Assembly: GCA_963169745.1 (NCBI GenBank)
Contig: CAUJCU010000015.1
Coordinates: 39,134 to 103,133 of the forward strand
Source of the DNA: Bacteroidota bacterium
GTDB lineage: Bacteria; Bacteroidota; Bacteroidia; UBA4408
Reading direction: 5' to 3'
Length of the DNA: 64,000 nucleotides
Under the pieces are notes generated by a model that did not search any database, had not been told where the DNA came from, and saw only the letters and a program-made list of their open reading frames with translations. A program made the position numbers and the translations under genes. Below, in pieces: positions 10,138-20,066 of this stretch. Position 1 is the first letter of the stretch. Each line of letters starts with the position of its first letter.

Positions 10138-10956
10138 TTATATTCTCATTAATATATGCCCTGGATATTCAGTATTAGCTTCTCGGTATTGTTTAGGTGT
10201 CATATTGGTATAGGATTTGAACTCCCGAATAAAATGTGACTGGTCGTAATATCCGGCTCGGAATCCTATGTCTGTAAGGGTTTGCTTTGAATAGTGTAAG
10301 GAGTGTAAACAGGTAAGATATTTTTCATAGTGAAAAAGTTCTTCGGTATTCATGCCTAACCAATCTGTTGAAAACCGTCTAAGTTGACGCTCCGATAAAC
10401 AAATTTCTGTACTTAATTTTTTTACCGATAAATTATTCTGATTAACTAAACTCAAAAGCTTTTGAGCCCGAAAAATTACATATTGACAACTTATAAATGA
10501 AATTTGCTGCTTAAGCCATTTCATTATAACATCAACCCGTTGTTGGAATGTTTGCATACTGTTTAGCTTTTCGGCTAAAAAAACAAGCTTCAAGCTTAAA
10601 TCACAACCTTCACAAATAGCATCATTCATTTCTTTCGCTGAAATATTGAAAAGAAGTCTTAACCCAATAGCGTTTAGCTGTATTCCAATAAAATTTTGGG
10701 CTCCGGTTTTATGCAACTCAAAAGGTTTATAATTTAATCCATTTACGAATACCGAAGGAAGAGTTTTTGAAAAAGATGTTGTGGAGTTGTTGTAAATAAT
10801 ATCATCTGACAAATTAAAAATAATCTCTACAGTTCCTTTTGGAAGTATTTTTTCTTTTCTAAAGTTCATATCATCATCAGTAAGCCACCAAATACATTTT
10901 ACGAAAGCTTTTACGAAATTATCGGTTGGTATGTATGTGTACGTTATTTTTGTCAT
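10138..10956 (-). CDS. AraC-family transcriptional regulator
   Basis: 272 aa. C-terminal double HTH (..GFRAGYYDQSHFIREFKSYTNMTPKQYR..). Confidence 0.8.
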   Translation of the reverse strand: MTKITYTYIPTDNFVKAFVKCIWWLTDDDMNFRKEKILPKGTVEIIFNLSDDIIYNNSTTSFSKTLPSVFVNGLNYKPFELHKTGAQNFIGIQLNAIGLRLLFNISAKEMNDAICEGCDLSLKLVFLAEKLNSMQTFQQRVDVIMKWLKQQISFISCQYVIFRAQKLLSLVNQNNLSVKKLSTEICLSERQLRRFSTDWLGMNTEELFHYEKYLTCLHSLHYSKQTLTDIGFRAGYYDQSHFIREFKSYTNMTPKQYREANTEYPGHILMRI

Positions 10957-11281
10957 TTTAAAAACAATTTAAACGTTTTTATTTTTACTGCTTACTTTCT
11001 TTAAACTGTGGTTCTAAAATATTGATAACGCTTTCCTGTTGCATATATTAAAAATAAAGCCCACATGTTATTTAAATCCAATAATTATATTTAAGTATGC
11101 AAATACTTTGATGTTTTATGGTAATGGTTTAACTAATTCATAAACACAAAGTTAATCAATATCTTTAAATTTGTAATATGAGTTTACATTGAGAAATATG
11201 ATGTAAAGATATAATGAAGAAAAAGTTCTTATTCCCCTTTTGTAATAATAACTTAAACAAAAGTTTTAAGCATAAAAAAGC

Positions 11282-11315
11282 TCTGAGATTTGAAAATCAC
11301 AGATTATTTTTTTTT
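11282..11315. terminator. bidirectional intrinsic terminator-like hairpin
   Basis: tctgagatt-tgaa-aatcacaga (9-bp stem, 1 mismatch). Flanked by an A6 tract upstream and T9 (11307-11315) downstream. On the - strand it follows the DsbA-like gene. On the + strand the T9 run is the stronger signal. Confidence 0.45.
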
Positions 11316-11454
11316 CATTTGGGAAGAACAGAAAGAGCGCACCTTATTTTTTAGAAAACTCTTTTTGAACTATATTTTCACACAAATAATCTTAGCCCAA
11401 ATTAAACAAAAATTTAATAGATAAAATTGTGAAAATTGAGCAATGTCACGCTTG

Positions 11455-12468
11455 TTAACGGAGCGTATTTTTTAATGTCCAGATAGACCCATTTTTAGTT
11501 GTCAGTTTTTCTAAATATCCTTTTGTTGTGAGTTCATTGAGTTGTGTTTCGCTCGCTACTCTTGGGGTTTCTGATAGTTCAGAAAATTCTTTTGCTGTCA
11601 AAGAAGGATATTTAGAAAACAGCTTTTCCCAATTTTTACTGTATTCGCTTTTAGTTATATTGGGATATATCTTCAATACAGCTGTTTCATAAAAAGAATA
11701 AGGTTTCGTGCCATATATAATTTCCTTTTTTCCCGATTGATCTATAAAGAAAATACAAGGGAAGCCTCTAACACCGTATGATTTTGCCAACTTCAAATCG
11801 TTATCAAAAAGTTCTTTTGCTTTACCATTAAAATCGGTTTCTAATTGCTTGGTATTTAAACCAACTTTTTTTGCAGCCGCTTCTAAATGTTCCCATTTTG
11901 TAATATTCTTTTTTTGCAAAAAAACCATCTCTCGTATTTTTCTCAAAAACAAAATAGCTTTTTCTTCACTCTGTATTTGTGCGGCTTTAAAAGCAATTGA
12001 AGGCGGATACGATGAGTCTAAAGGATCTTCCAACCAGAGGTCTCCATCAATTGGCATATCATAATATATGCTTACTTCGTCCCAATGATGAGCTACGTCA
12101 GACGGTTTGCTTATACCTCCACTGTTATAACTCCAATCGGGTAATAATCCACCCATTCGATATTCAATTTCTATGTTTTTACCATATTCTAATTTTAATT
12201 TTCTTAGCTGAGGCTCAATTCCCCAACAAGATGAACAAATTGGGTCAGTGAAATAAACAAGTTTTATTTCTTTTATTTCTTTTTGAATCGTTATTGCTGT
12301 TTCTGATGTGCTGTCTGGAATCACACAAATTCCTTCATTAGGGTTGCAAATTAGTGGATTGATTTCTGAATTTTTATCTGACATTTTCTGTATATTATTT
12401 TTTTGTCCCACACAACTTAAAATTGTTGTGGTTAAATATAGGATGAGTACTATTTTGTATTTCGTCAT
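11455..12468 (-). CDS. DsbA-family thiol-disulfide oxidoreductase-like lipoprotein (YjbH/SpxH-like fold) with an extra C-terminal helical domain
   Basis: 337 aa. Lipoprotein signal (TTTILSC). FTDPICSSCWGIEPQLRKLKLEYG closely resembles the CxxC region of YjbH-type DsbA proteins. The ~70 aa C-terminal extension looks like a winged helix. Confidence 0.6.
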   Translation of the reverse strand: MTKYKIVLILYLTTTILSCVGQKNNIQKMSDKNSEINPLICNPNEGICVIPDSTSETAITIQKEIKEIKLVYFTDPICSSCWGIEPQLRKLKLEYGKNIEIEYRMGGLLPDWSYNSGGISKPSDVAHHWDEVSIYYDMPIDGDLWLEDPLDSSYPPSIAFKAAQIQSEEKAILFLRKIREMVFLQKKNITKWEHLEAAAKKVGLNTKQLETDFNGKAKELFDNDLKLAKSYGVRGFPCIFFIDQSGKKEIIYGTKPYSFYETAVLKIYPNITKSEYSKNWEKLFSKYPSLTAKEFSELSETPRVASETQLNELTTKGYLEKLTTKNGSIWTLKNTLR

Positions 12469-12486
12469 TACAAGGCATTATTGTTT

Positions 12487-12494
12487 TATCTTTG
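12487..12494 (+). promoter_or_regulatory. -7 box (TATCTTTG) for the HxlR-family gene
   Basis: Lies inside the ORF-track N-terminal extension, 50 nt upstream of the ATG at 12544. This argues for the shorter CDS. Confidence 0.4.
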
Positions 12495-12543
12495 TTGTGC
12501 AAAGTTAGCTTGTAGATTATATCGTGCAAAAAGTCAGAAAAAT

Positions 12544-12855
12544 ATGACTACTAAAAAAACAGCAACTAATTCGGAAACCTGTCCTGCACAAGGACTTTTA
12601 AAATTGCTTTCGGGAAAATGGAAACCCGAAATATTTCGTTTGGCAGTAAATACACCTTTACGATTTAATAGTTTGTTACGACAAATACAGGGGTCAAATA
12701 AACAATCTTTATCCATTGCCTTACGAGAGTTAGAAGAGGTTGGACTGTTAGAAAAAGCTGTCATAAAACAAAAACCATTACATATAGAGTACAGTCTTAC
12801 TGAAAGAGGGCAATTGTTAATTCCGGTTTTTAAACAGATAGAAGAATTATTGTAA
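12544..12855 (+). CDS. HxlR-family (MarR-like winged-helix) transcriptional regulator
   Basis: CPAQGLLKLLSGKWKPEIF...FNSLLRQIQGSNKQSLSIALRELEEVGLL...YSLTERG is the canonical HxlR layout. I prefer the ATG at 12544 over the TTG at 12481. Confidence 0.8.
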   Translation: MTTKKTATNSETCPAQGLLKLLSGKWKPEIFRLAVNTPLRFNSLLRQIQGSNKQSLSIALRELEEVGLLEKAVIKQKPLHIEYSLTERGQLLIPVFKQIEELL

Positions 12856-13020
12856 AAATTAACATTGTTACCTTAATTCTTTAAAATAATAGAATCTTTT
12901 TATTCTTTTAATGATCATATCGATTTTATTATGTTTGAAGGTACTTATTGTGAGAATCCTTTGTAATATCAAAAAAAATATTGAATATTCGGAACATTAA
13001 AAAACTCCAATATTTTATAC

Positions 13021-14463
13021 ATGAGTACTTCTGCACCGCTCCCATCAAGTAACCTAAAAGCACTATTTTCTTTAGTTTTTGTTTTCTTTTTTTGGGGATT
13101 TGTTGCCGCAAGCAACGATATTTTAATTCCAGTTTTTAAAAAAGCATTTCATCTTACTCAAGGTGAAAGTCAATTAGTTTCGGTTGCATTTTACATTGCA
13201 TATACCGTTGGGTCTTTGATTTATATGGGTATATCATTACTCTTAGGATATGACCTTGTAAATAAAATGGGTTATAAGAACAGCTTGGCCTTGGGCTTGT
13301 GCATATCGGCACTAGGTACCTTATTGTTTTATCCTGCAGCAACTGCCAATTCCTTTTATTTAATGTTGTGTGGGCTGTTTACGGTAGCTTTGGGCTTTTC
13401 ACTTCAACAAACGGTTGCTAACCCTTTAGCTATTGCTTTGGGAACACCTGATACAGGAGCAAATCGTCTAACATTAGCCGGAGGCGTTAACAATTTCGGA
13501 ACCACTATTGGCCCATTAATTGTGAGCTTTGCCATTTTTGGAACCAGTGACAACGAACATTTTAATTTAAGTATTGATAGTGTAAAAATTCCATATCTAA
13601 TTTTAGGACTGGCCTTTTTGATAGTCGCAGTAATTTTAAAATTTTCTAGTATTCCTGACAAGCCTCAAGCAATACATGATGAAGAAAAACAGGTAAATAA
13701 GGACAGAAAGAATGCTTTACATTATCCACAATTAGTATTGGGTATGTTGGCTATTTTTTTGTATGTAGGTGTAGAAGTTTCAACGGCTAGTAATTTACCT
13801 TATTATATGGAAAAGAATTTAAACTTCTTAACACAAGATATTGCACCCTATATTTCGTTATATTGGGCTAGTTTAATGATTGGTCGTTGGTCTGGTGCTG
13901 TTGAGGTTTTAAGTAATAAAGCCCGCACGCGTAAAGTGTTAAAACTAACTATGCCCTATTTAGCATTTGTACTATTTTTAGGAGTCAATAAAATAGCTGG
14001 CCATGATTTATCTCCTTTTTATATTTATGCTTTTGTAATAATACTCCTTATTGGGGCAGATATGCTTTCGCAAGGTAATCCTATTCAAATGCTTCTTATT
14101 TTTTCAATAATGGGCATGTTGGGCATTTTAATAGGGATGTTTACACAAGGCATGTTAAGTGTATATGCTTTTACAAGTGTTGGTTTGTTTTGCAGTACTT
14201 TATGGCCTTGTATTTTTGCATTGGCTATAAGCGGACTGGGTAAAAATACTAGTCAAGGAAGTAGCTTTTTAATTATGATGATTATGGGCGGTGGATTGGT
14301 TAGCTGGTTTCAGGGATACGTTGCAGATCAAACAAGTATTCAAACCAGCTATTGGGTGGGTGTTTTCTGTTTTGTGTATCTTGCCTTTTATGCATTTATG
14401 GTAAAAGGGATTTTAAAACAGCAAGGAATAAGCTATAATACTACAGGAGGATTGTCACATTAA
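13021..14463 (+). CDS. sugar MFS transporter (FucP/GluP glucose-galactose-fucose:H+ symporter family)
   Basis: 480 aa, 12 predicted TM helices. N-terminus FFFWGFVAASNDILIPVFKKAF is typical of the FucP/GluP family. Confidence 0.75.
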   Translation: MSTSAPLPSSNLKALFSLVFVFFFWGFVAASNDILIPVFKKAFHLTQGESQLVSVAFYIAYTVGSLIYMGISLLLGYDLVNKMGYKNSLALGLCISALGTLLFYPAATANSFYLMLCGLFTVALGFSLQQTVANPLAIALGTPDTGANRLTLAGGVNNFGTTIGPLIVSFAIFGTSDNEHFNLSIDSVKIPYLILGLAFLIVAVILKFSSIPDKPQAIHDEEKQVNKDRKNALHYPQLVLGMLAIFLYVGVEVSTASNLPYYMEKNLNFLTQDIAPYISLYWASLMIGRWSGAVEVLSNKARTRKVLKLTMPYLAFVLFLGVNKIAGHDLSPFYIYAFVIILLIGADMLSQGNPIQMLLIFSIMGMLGILIGMFTQGMLSVYAFTSVGLFCSTLWPCIFALAISGLGKNTSQGSSFLIMMIMGGGLVSWFQGYVADQTSIQTSYWVGVFCFVYLAFYAFMVKGILKQQGISYNTTGGLSH

Positions 14464-14491
14464 GCATACAATTATTTTGTAGAGCTTAGGA

Positions 14492-17400
14492 TTAATTCAA
14501 TATTTCGTGTTTTTTTCGGTTAAAGATCCAAAAAATTATAGGAAAAACTAAGAGGGTTAGAACAGTAGCTGTTATTAAACCACCAATAATTACAACCGCT
14601 AAGGGCTTTTGACTTTCTGAGCCTATACCTGTGCTTATAGCAGCAGGAATTAGTCCTGTCGAAGCCATAAGGGCAGTCATAATAACAGGACGTGTGCGTA
14701 CTTTTACTCCATTTGTTATAGCATTGGCAAGGTCCATTTTTTGCCGTAAATTTTTATGAAACTCACTAATTAAAATTACTCCGTTTTGAATGCAAATCCC
14801 AAATAAAGCAATAAAACCTACCCCTCCTGATATGCCAAAATTAATACCCGTAATATGCAAGGCTAATATGCCTCCAATTATAGCAAAAGGAACATTTGAC
14901 AAGACGATCAAAGAGTCTTTAATATTCCCAAACATTATAAATAATAAAAAGAAAATACCTAATAAACTAATAGGAACAACCTGTCCTAATCTTTTGGTAG
15001 CTCTTACTTGGTTCTCAAATTCACCAGTCCATCCAATATGATAACCTGCCGGTAGTAAAACACCTTTATTAACTTTGCTTTGAGCCTCAGCAATGGTACT
15101 TCCTAAATCTCTTTCACGTACAGAGAATTTAACACCAATAAAACGTTTGGCATCATCTCTATAAATAAATGCAGGGCCGGTAATTTTTTTTATACTGGCA
15201 ATTTCTTTAAGAGGAATTTTTAAACCGCTAATAGTAGGAACTTTTAGATTAGCCATATCATCTTCATCTTTACGATATTTCTGTTCATATCTAATACGGA
15301 CATCAAATTTTTTCTCTCCTTCATATTTTAAAGTAGCTGTTTTCCCTCCAAAGGCCATTTCAAGTACTGCCTGAGCATCAGCTAGCATAACTCCATAGGC
15401 GGCCATCTTGCCTCTATCCAGAATCACACTTACTTCCGGCTGCCCAATATTTTGTAAAATTCCTACATCCTTTATTCCTTTTACATTTTTAATTTGTAAT
15501 AAAACCTGATTGGCAATCTCATCAAGTTTATCTAAATCATCGCCATATATTTTAACGGCATTTGATGCATTTATACCGGCAACACTTTCGGCAACATTAT
15601 CAATAATGGGTTGTGAATAGTTGTAAACAATTCCTTGATATTTTTTTAGTTCTTTATCCATTTCTTCCACTAAGTTATCCATTGAAATTTTACGCTTCCA
15701 CTCACTCTTTTGCTTCAGATTAACCTGCATTTGTACATAATAAAACCCACTTGGGTCTGTTCCATCGTTGCTTCTTCCAATTTGTGATAAAACATCATTT
15801 ACTTCATCAAAACTTATTAATTCATTTCGAAGTTTAGTAACCATCTTTACTGTTTCGGGCAAACTGCTACTCATAGGTAGCTTAGCTTCTACCCATAAGG
15901 CTCCTTCGTTTAGTTGGGGTAAAAATTCGGTTCCCATAAAATAGGCAGAACCTAAAGTTGTTATAATCACAATAGAAGTTAAAACAAGCGTTTTTTTCTT
16001 GTGAGCAAAAGTAAAGCGAAACGCTTTTTCTATTGAATTATTCCAAAAGTTAACAAATAGATTGTTCTTTTCTTGAACATTTTTATTTAATAGAATATAC
16101 GTTAATACCGGAACCAAGGTAAGGGTAAATAATAAAGCTCCAAGAAGGGCAAATCCCAATGTATAAGCCAATGGGGAAAACATTTTACCTTCTACTTTTT
16201 GAAATGAAAAAATGGGAATGAGTGCCGTAATGATGATGAGCTTAGAAAAGAAAATTGCTTTACCCATTTCGACTCCCGTTTTTTTGATGTAGCGCCCTTT
16301 GGCAAGTTTATTAAAAGCACTCATTCCCTTTTTGTGGGCCAAGTGATCAAGGGTAACAAAGAGCCCTTCAACCATTACCACTGCACCATCAATGATAATA
16401 CCAAAATCAACGGCTCCAAGAGATAGTAAATTTGCGCTCATACCCATTAACTTTAAGCAAAGGAATGCAAACAGTAAGGATAAAGGAATAATTATGGAAA
16501 CGATTAAAGTTGTTCTCCACTCTGCCATAAACAAAAAGACAATAACGGTAACAAGAACAATTCCCTCTATCAAATTATGCATAACTGTCTTAGTGGTGTA
16601 GTTCATGAGATTGTCACGGTCATAGAATGTAACCATTTGCACATCTTTGGGCAAGATACTTGTGTTTAACTCATTTATTTTTTCTTTAATTTTACCAAGT
16701 ACTTCTTTAGGGTTTTCTCCCTTACGCATAACAATTATTCCTTCAACCACATCGTCATTTTCATTTAACCCTACCTGACCAACACGAGGCATTGAGCTTT
16801 CTTTAACAGTAGCTACATTTTTTACTAAAACAGGGTTTACTCCGGCTTCTGTAACAATAATATTTTCTATGTCAGCTATTGATTTAATTAAGCCTACACC
16901 ACGTACCACATAGGCTTGTCCGTTTTTTTCAATTACATCGCCTCCAACATTTAAGTTCCCTTTGTTTACAGCATCGTAAATTTGTAATGGGGTAATATCA
17001 TATTGTGACAAACGGTTAGGGTCAACACTTACCTCATATACTTTTTGCTGGCCACCAAAAGCTACAATGTCTGCTACTCCGGGCACTGCACGCAGTTGCC
17101 GGTCAATAACCCAATTTTGGTATGTAAGTAAAGCTCTAGAATCTAAAACGTCACTTTTAAGAGTATAGCGAAATATTTCTCCAGTAGGCCCGTATGGAGG
17201 CTGTACATCAGGTTCTACACTTTCAGGAAGAGATACATTTCGAAGTAAGTTATTTACTTGTTGCCGTGCAAAAAAGTCATCAACACCATCTTCAAAAATT
17301 ATTTTAATTACGGAGAGCCCAAACATAGTAATACTACGTACACTGATTTTCTTTTGCACAGCATTCATAGAAATCTCAATTGGAGCAGTTACAAAGCGTT

Positions 17401-17593
17401 CTATTTCCTCAGCGCTGCGTCCATTCCACTCTGTAACAATAATTATTTGCGTGTTGGTAACATCTGGAAAAGCTTCAATAGGCATATTTGCAAAAGCAAT
17501 AATTCCTAAAATAATGAAAAGCCCAACCCAAAAAAAGGTAAATGCTTTATTTTTTAATGAAAAGGCAATGATAGTTCTAATGAATCGTGTCAC
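14492..17593 (-). CDS. CusA/CzcA-family heavy-metal efflux RND pump
   Basis: 1033 aa, 12-TM RND architecture. N-terminus and AVDFGIIIDGAVVMVE motif are typical of the HME-RND family. Confidence 0.9.
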   Translation of the reverse strand: MTRFIRTIIAFSLKNKAFTFFWVGLFIILGIIAFANMPIEAFPDVTNTQIIIVTEWNGRSAEEIERFVTAPIEISMNAVQKKISVRSITMFGLSVIKIIFEDGVDDFFARQQVNNLLRNVSLPESVEPDVQPPYGPTGEIFRYTLKSDVLDSRALLTYQNWVIDRQLRAVPGVADIVAFGGQQKVYEVSVDPNRLSQYDITPLQIYDAVNKGNLNVGGDVIEKNGQAYVVRGVGLIKSIADIENIIVTEAGVNPVLVKNVATVKESSMPRVGQVGLNENDDVVEGIIVMRKGENPKEVLGKIKEKINELNTSILPKDVQMVTFYDRDNLMNYTTKTVMHNLIEGIVLVTVIVFLFMAEWRTTLIVSIIIPLSLLFAFLCLKLMGMSANLLSLGAVDFGIIIDGAVVMVEGLFVTLDHLAHKKGMSAFNKLAKGRYIKKTGVEMGKAIFFSKLIIITALIPIFSFQKVEGKMFSPLAYTLGFALLGALLFTLTLVPVLTYILLNKNVQEKNNLFVNFWNNSIEKAFRFTFAHKKKTLVLTSIVIITTLGSAYFMGTEFLPQLNEGALWVEAKLPMSSSLPETVKMVTKLRNELISFDEVNDVLSQIGRSNDGTDPSGFYYVQMQVNLKQKSEWKRKISMDNLVEEMDKELKKYQGIVYNYSQPIIDNVAESVAGINASNAVKIYGDDLDKLDEIANQVLLQIKNVKGIKDVGILQNIGQPEVSVILDRGKMAAYGVMLADAQAVLEMAFGGKTATLKYEGEKKFDVRIRYEQKYRKDEDDMANLKVPTISGLKIPLKEIASIKKITGPAFIYRDDAKRFIGVKFSVRERDLGSTIAEAQSKVNKGVLLPAGYHIGWTGEFENQVRATKRLGQVVPISLLGIFFLLFIMFGNIKDSLIVLSNVPFAIIGGILALHITGINFGISGGVGFIALFGICIQNGVILISEFHKNLRQKMDLANAITNGVKVRTRPVIMTALMASTGLIPAAISTGIGSESQKPLAVVIIGGLITATVLTLLVFPIIFWIFNRKKHEILN

Positions 17594-17651
17594 AAATACA
17601 GGATATTAATGAATATGATTTAATTGGGCTGATAAATGATTTAAAATATTT

Positions 17652-18752
17652 TTATTCGCTAAGTGCTTGGTAAACCAACAGCTGATTTTTTGTGAGTACT
17701 TTTTGTCCTTCTTCTAATCCCGAAACTATATAAGCTGTATCGTGAACCTGGCGATATACTTCAACCGGAATAGTTTTGATATTATTTCTATCCTCAAAAA
17801 CGACAACATAGTTTTTGCTATTATCAAAAACAATAGCTGATGAAGGAACGGCTACCATTTTTTTATCTTCTTGATAAGACAAAACAATATTGGCACGCAT
17901 ATCCGGTTTAAGCAAAAATCCATCATTTTTTAATTTTACAAGGGCTTTCATTGCTTTCGTTTCAGGATCAATTATATTATAGATCTTATCTACTTTCCCA
18001 TAAAATATTTTGTCAGGATAGCTTAGCGTTGAAATCTCAGCGGCCATTCCAACTTTAACTTCGCTAATATCACTTTCATTAACATTTACTATTGCCCATA
18101 CATCATCTATCTGAGCAATGTCAAAAATGTTATCAGATTTATCACTCCTTAACAGCATTCCACTATTGATATTTTTTTGAATTATAAAGCCCGATATTGG
18201 GGCACGTACTTCGTAAACAGCTCCCTTTCTTAAGCTGTATATGTTATATGTTTCTTTAACCCGACTTAATTGCGATTGTGCCTTTTCAACTTCTCGGTTA
18301 GCCTCTATAAGAGAGCTTTCTGTGTTGAGTTTTCCTTCGTATAAATCTTTTGCCACCTTCATATTATTTTTTGCGACTAAGAGGTCACTTTGTGCATCTT
18401 CCATTTCTTTTTCAAAACCAGCTACTTCGGTACTACGAATAATGGCCAATAACTGGCCTTTTTCAACATAATCTCCTAATTCAACATAAACATTGGTAAC
18501 ATTACCTCCAACAACAGGAAAAATTTCAATCAGCTTGTTATTGTCGGCCATAATCTTGCCGTAAAAATTGAGCTGATTTTTTACATATTGCTTTCGTGCA
18601 GTTGCTGTAGCACTCCCTTGTAACATTTTATCGCTCATTATAAAAGTCGATTTTTCAGGACTTTTGTTTTGAACTTCTACACAAGAGGATAAAGTACTTA
18701 GGACAAAAAGGATAATCAATAGCTTCTTCATACGTTTAAAAAATATTTTCAT
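17652..18752 (-). CDS. efflux RND periplasmic adaptor (membrane fusion protein, CzcB/HlyD-like)
   Basis: 366 aa. Lipoprotein-type signal (LSSC), coiled-coil hairpin and beta-barrel segments. Immediately upstream of the RND pump. Confidence 0.85.
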   Translation of the reverse strand: MKIFFKRMKKLLIILFVLSTLSSCVEVQNKSPEKSTFIMSDKMLQGSATATARKQYVKNQLNFYGKIMADNNKLIEIFPVVGGNVTNVYVELGDYVEKGQLLAIIRSTEVAGFEKEMEDAQSDLLVAKNNMKVAKDLYEGKLNTESSLIEANREVEKAQSQLSRVKETYNIYSLRKGAVYEVRAPISGFIIQKNINSGMLLRSDKSDNIFDIAQIDDVWAIVNVNESDISEVKVGMAAEISTLSYPDKIFYGKVDKIYNIIDPETKAMKALVKLKNDGFLLKPDMRANIVLSYQEDKKMVAVPSSAIVFDNSKNYVVVFEDRNNIKTIPVEVYRQVHDTAYIVSGLEEGQKVLTKNQLLVYQALSE

Positions 18753-19983
18753 TAACTAATTTGTTAATCATCTCACCACTTATAATAGTTTGAAGCTTTA
18801 TTTCATTTAGAAACAAAATACTTCGGTTATAACTTTCCATAAAATCAGTAAACTCAATCATAGATAAATTGCCTTTTAAGAAATTTTTGAGTACGCCTTT
18901 ATAAACCGTATCAAAGTCATCTGTAGTGGTTATATTTTTCACATACTGCCTTTGTTGAAAGTTAAAATTCTTTAAGGTTTCAGCAATTTTTGATCTTAAT
19001 TCAATAGCAGTTTGTTCTTTTAAATAATTGCTTTGTTTTATTTCATTTTCAGCAATTTTTATATTCCCTTTATTGGAATTCCAAAGGGCTAATGGTATTC
19101 CGAAAGTTACATTACTTTGTCTTTTAAAAGCACCTCCGTTCTGATCGTAACTTGCTCCTATTGTGATATCGGGAATTACTAATGATTTTTGAAATTTTAA
19201 ATACAATTCATTGCTTTCAACTATTTTAATGGAGCTTAAATAGTCTGGGTTTTTTGTTAGCGCTTTTGATGTGATATCCTTTAAGTCAAGTTCTATGGGT
19301 TTATTCAATTTGATGTTTAACAATGAGTCGTCAACAACAGCAATAATTTCATCCTGTGTATTTGTTAAAATCTTTAATTTCTCTTGCATTCCATTAATGC
19401 TCTTCTGCATTTCACTTACATCGCTCAAAAATGACAGTGCCAATGAACGCAATCGTACCACTTCCTTTAACGCTATATTTCCTTTTTCAACTTGTTTGTT
19501 ATAGGCACTTATTAAGGTGTCAATTTTATCTAACTGATTTTTAATACCATTAATTTCTTTTTGGGTATAATACAAGCTATAAAAAGTACTGCGAAGTTCA
19601 AAGTTCAGATTTCGAAGTAACTGCTCAAATTGTAGTTCAGCTAAGGATACGTTTGCTTTTGCAAAATCAATTTCTTTCCTTTTTTTTCCACCTAAGTAGA
19701 TGAGCTGCTCAGCGGCAATAATTTTTTCTCCCTGTTGGCCAACATCAAAAAAAGTGTTATTACCCGGGTTAAATAAATTAATTTCTCCTGAAAGTTGTGG
19801 TAATGACCAAATCTTGGCCTGAATAATTGATGCTTTACTTTTTTCAATATTTAATTGCCCTGCAAGTAACTGAAGGTTATTTTTAAAGAATAACGATTCA
19901 CATTGGCTAAGGGTTAATAAAGTTTGTGCTTGCGTTGATGAAAGAGAAAATAAAGAAAGTGCTACTATAAAAAAATGACGCAT
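18736..19983 (-). CDS. TolC-family outer membrane efflux protein (CzcC-like)
   Basis: 415 aa, signal peptide, two-repeat helical OEP pattern. Overlaps the adaptor gene by 17 nt. Confidence 0.8.
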   Translation of the reverse strand: MRHFFIVALSLFSLSSTQAQTLLTLSQCESLFFKNNLQLLAGQLNIEKSKASIIQAKIWSLPQLSGEINLFNPGNNTFFDVGQQGEKIIAAEQLIYLGGKKRKEIDFAKANVSLAELQFEQLLRNLNFELRSTFYSLYYTQKEINGIKNQLDKIDTLISAYNKQVEKGNIALKEVVRLRSLALSFLSDVSEMQKSINGMQEKLKILTNTQDEIIAVVDDSLLNIKLNKPIELDLKDITSKALTKNPDYLSSIKIVESNELYLKFQKSLVIPDITIGASYDQNGGAFKRQSNVTFGIPLALWNSNKGNIKIAENEIKQSNYLKEQTAIELRSKIAETLKNFNFQQRQYVKNITTTDDFDTVYKGVLKNFLKGNLSMIEFTDFMESYNRSILFLNEIKLQTIISGEMINKLVNENIF

Positions 19984-20066
19984 ATAAATTTAAACATGAA
20001 CGCTGCAAAGGTGCAGCCACCATCTTTAAATCAACTGAATATTACCTTAAATTAAACTTAAAAACG

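Noticed and set aside
11214-11354. 46-aa + strand ORF (MKKKFLFPFCNNNLNK...) in the araC/dsbA spacer
   Set aside because: It reads straight through the hairpin and T9 terminator, has no hydrophobic or recognisable pattern, and is better explained as a non-coding part of a possible sRNA.
12481-12543. ORF-track N-terminal extensions using TTG or distant starts: 12481 (HxlR), 38366 (repeat protein), 45556 (GH92), 51866 (ccoNO), 56811 (YbbR-like), 63977 (LptF/G)
   Set aside because: Downstream ATGs give canonical N-termini or signal peptides. In three cases a -7 box lies inside the extension. The 51866 start would overlap ccoS. For 63977 the frame is open to the window edge, so the gene is simply truncated.
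20002-20017. gctgca-aagg-tgcagc hairpin between the kinase gene end and the TolC-like gene start
   Set aside because: It has only a 6-bp stem and no U-tract on the relevant (-) strand, so it is too weak to call a terminator.
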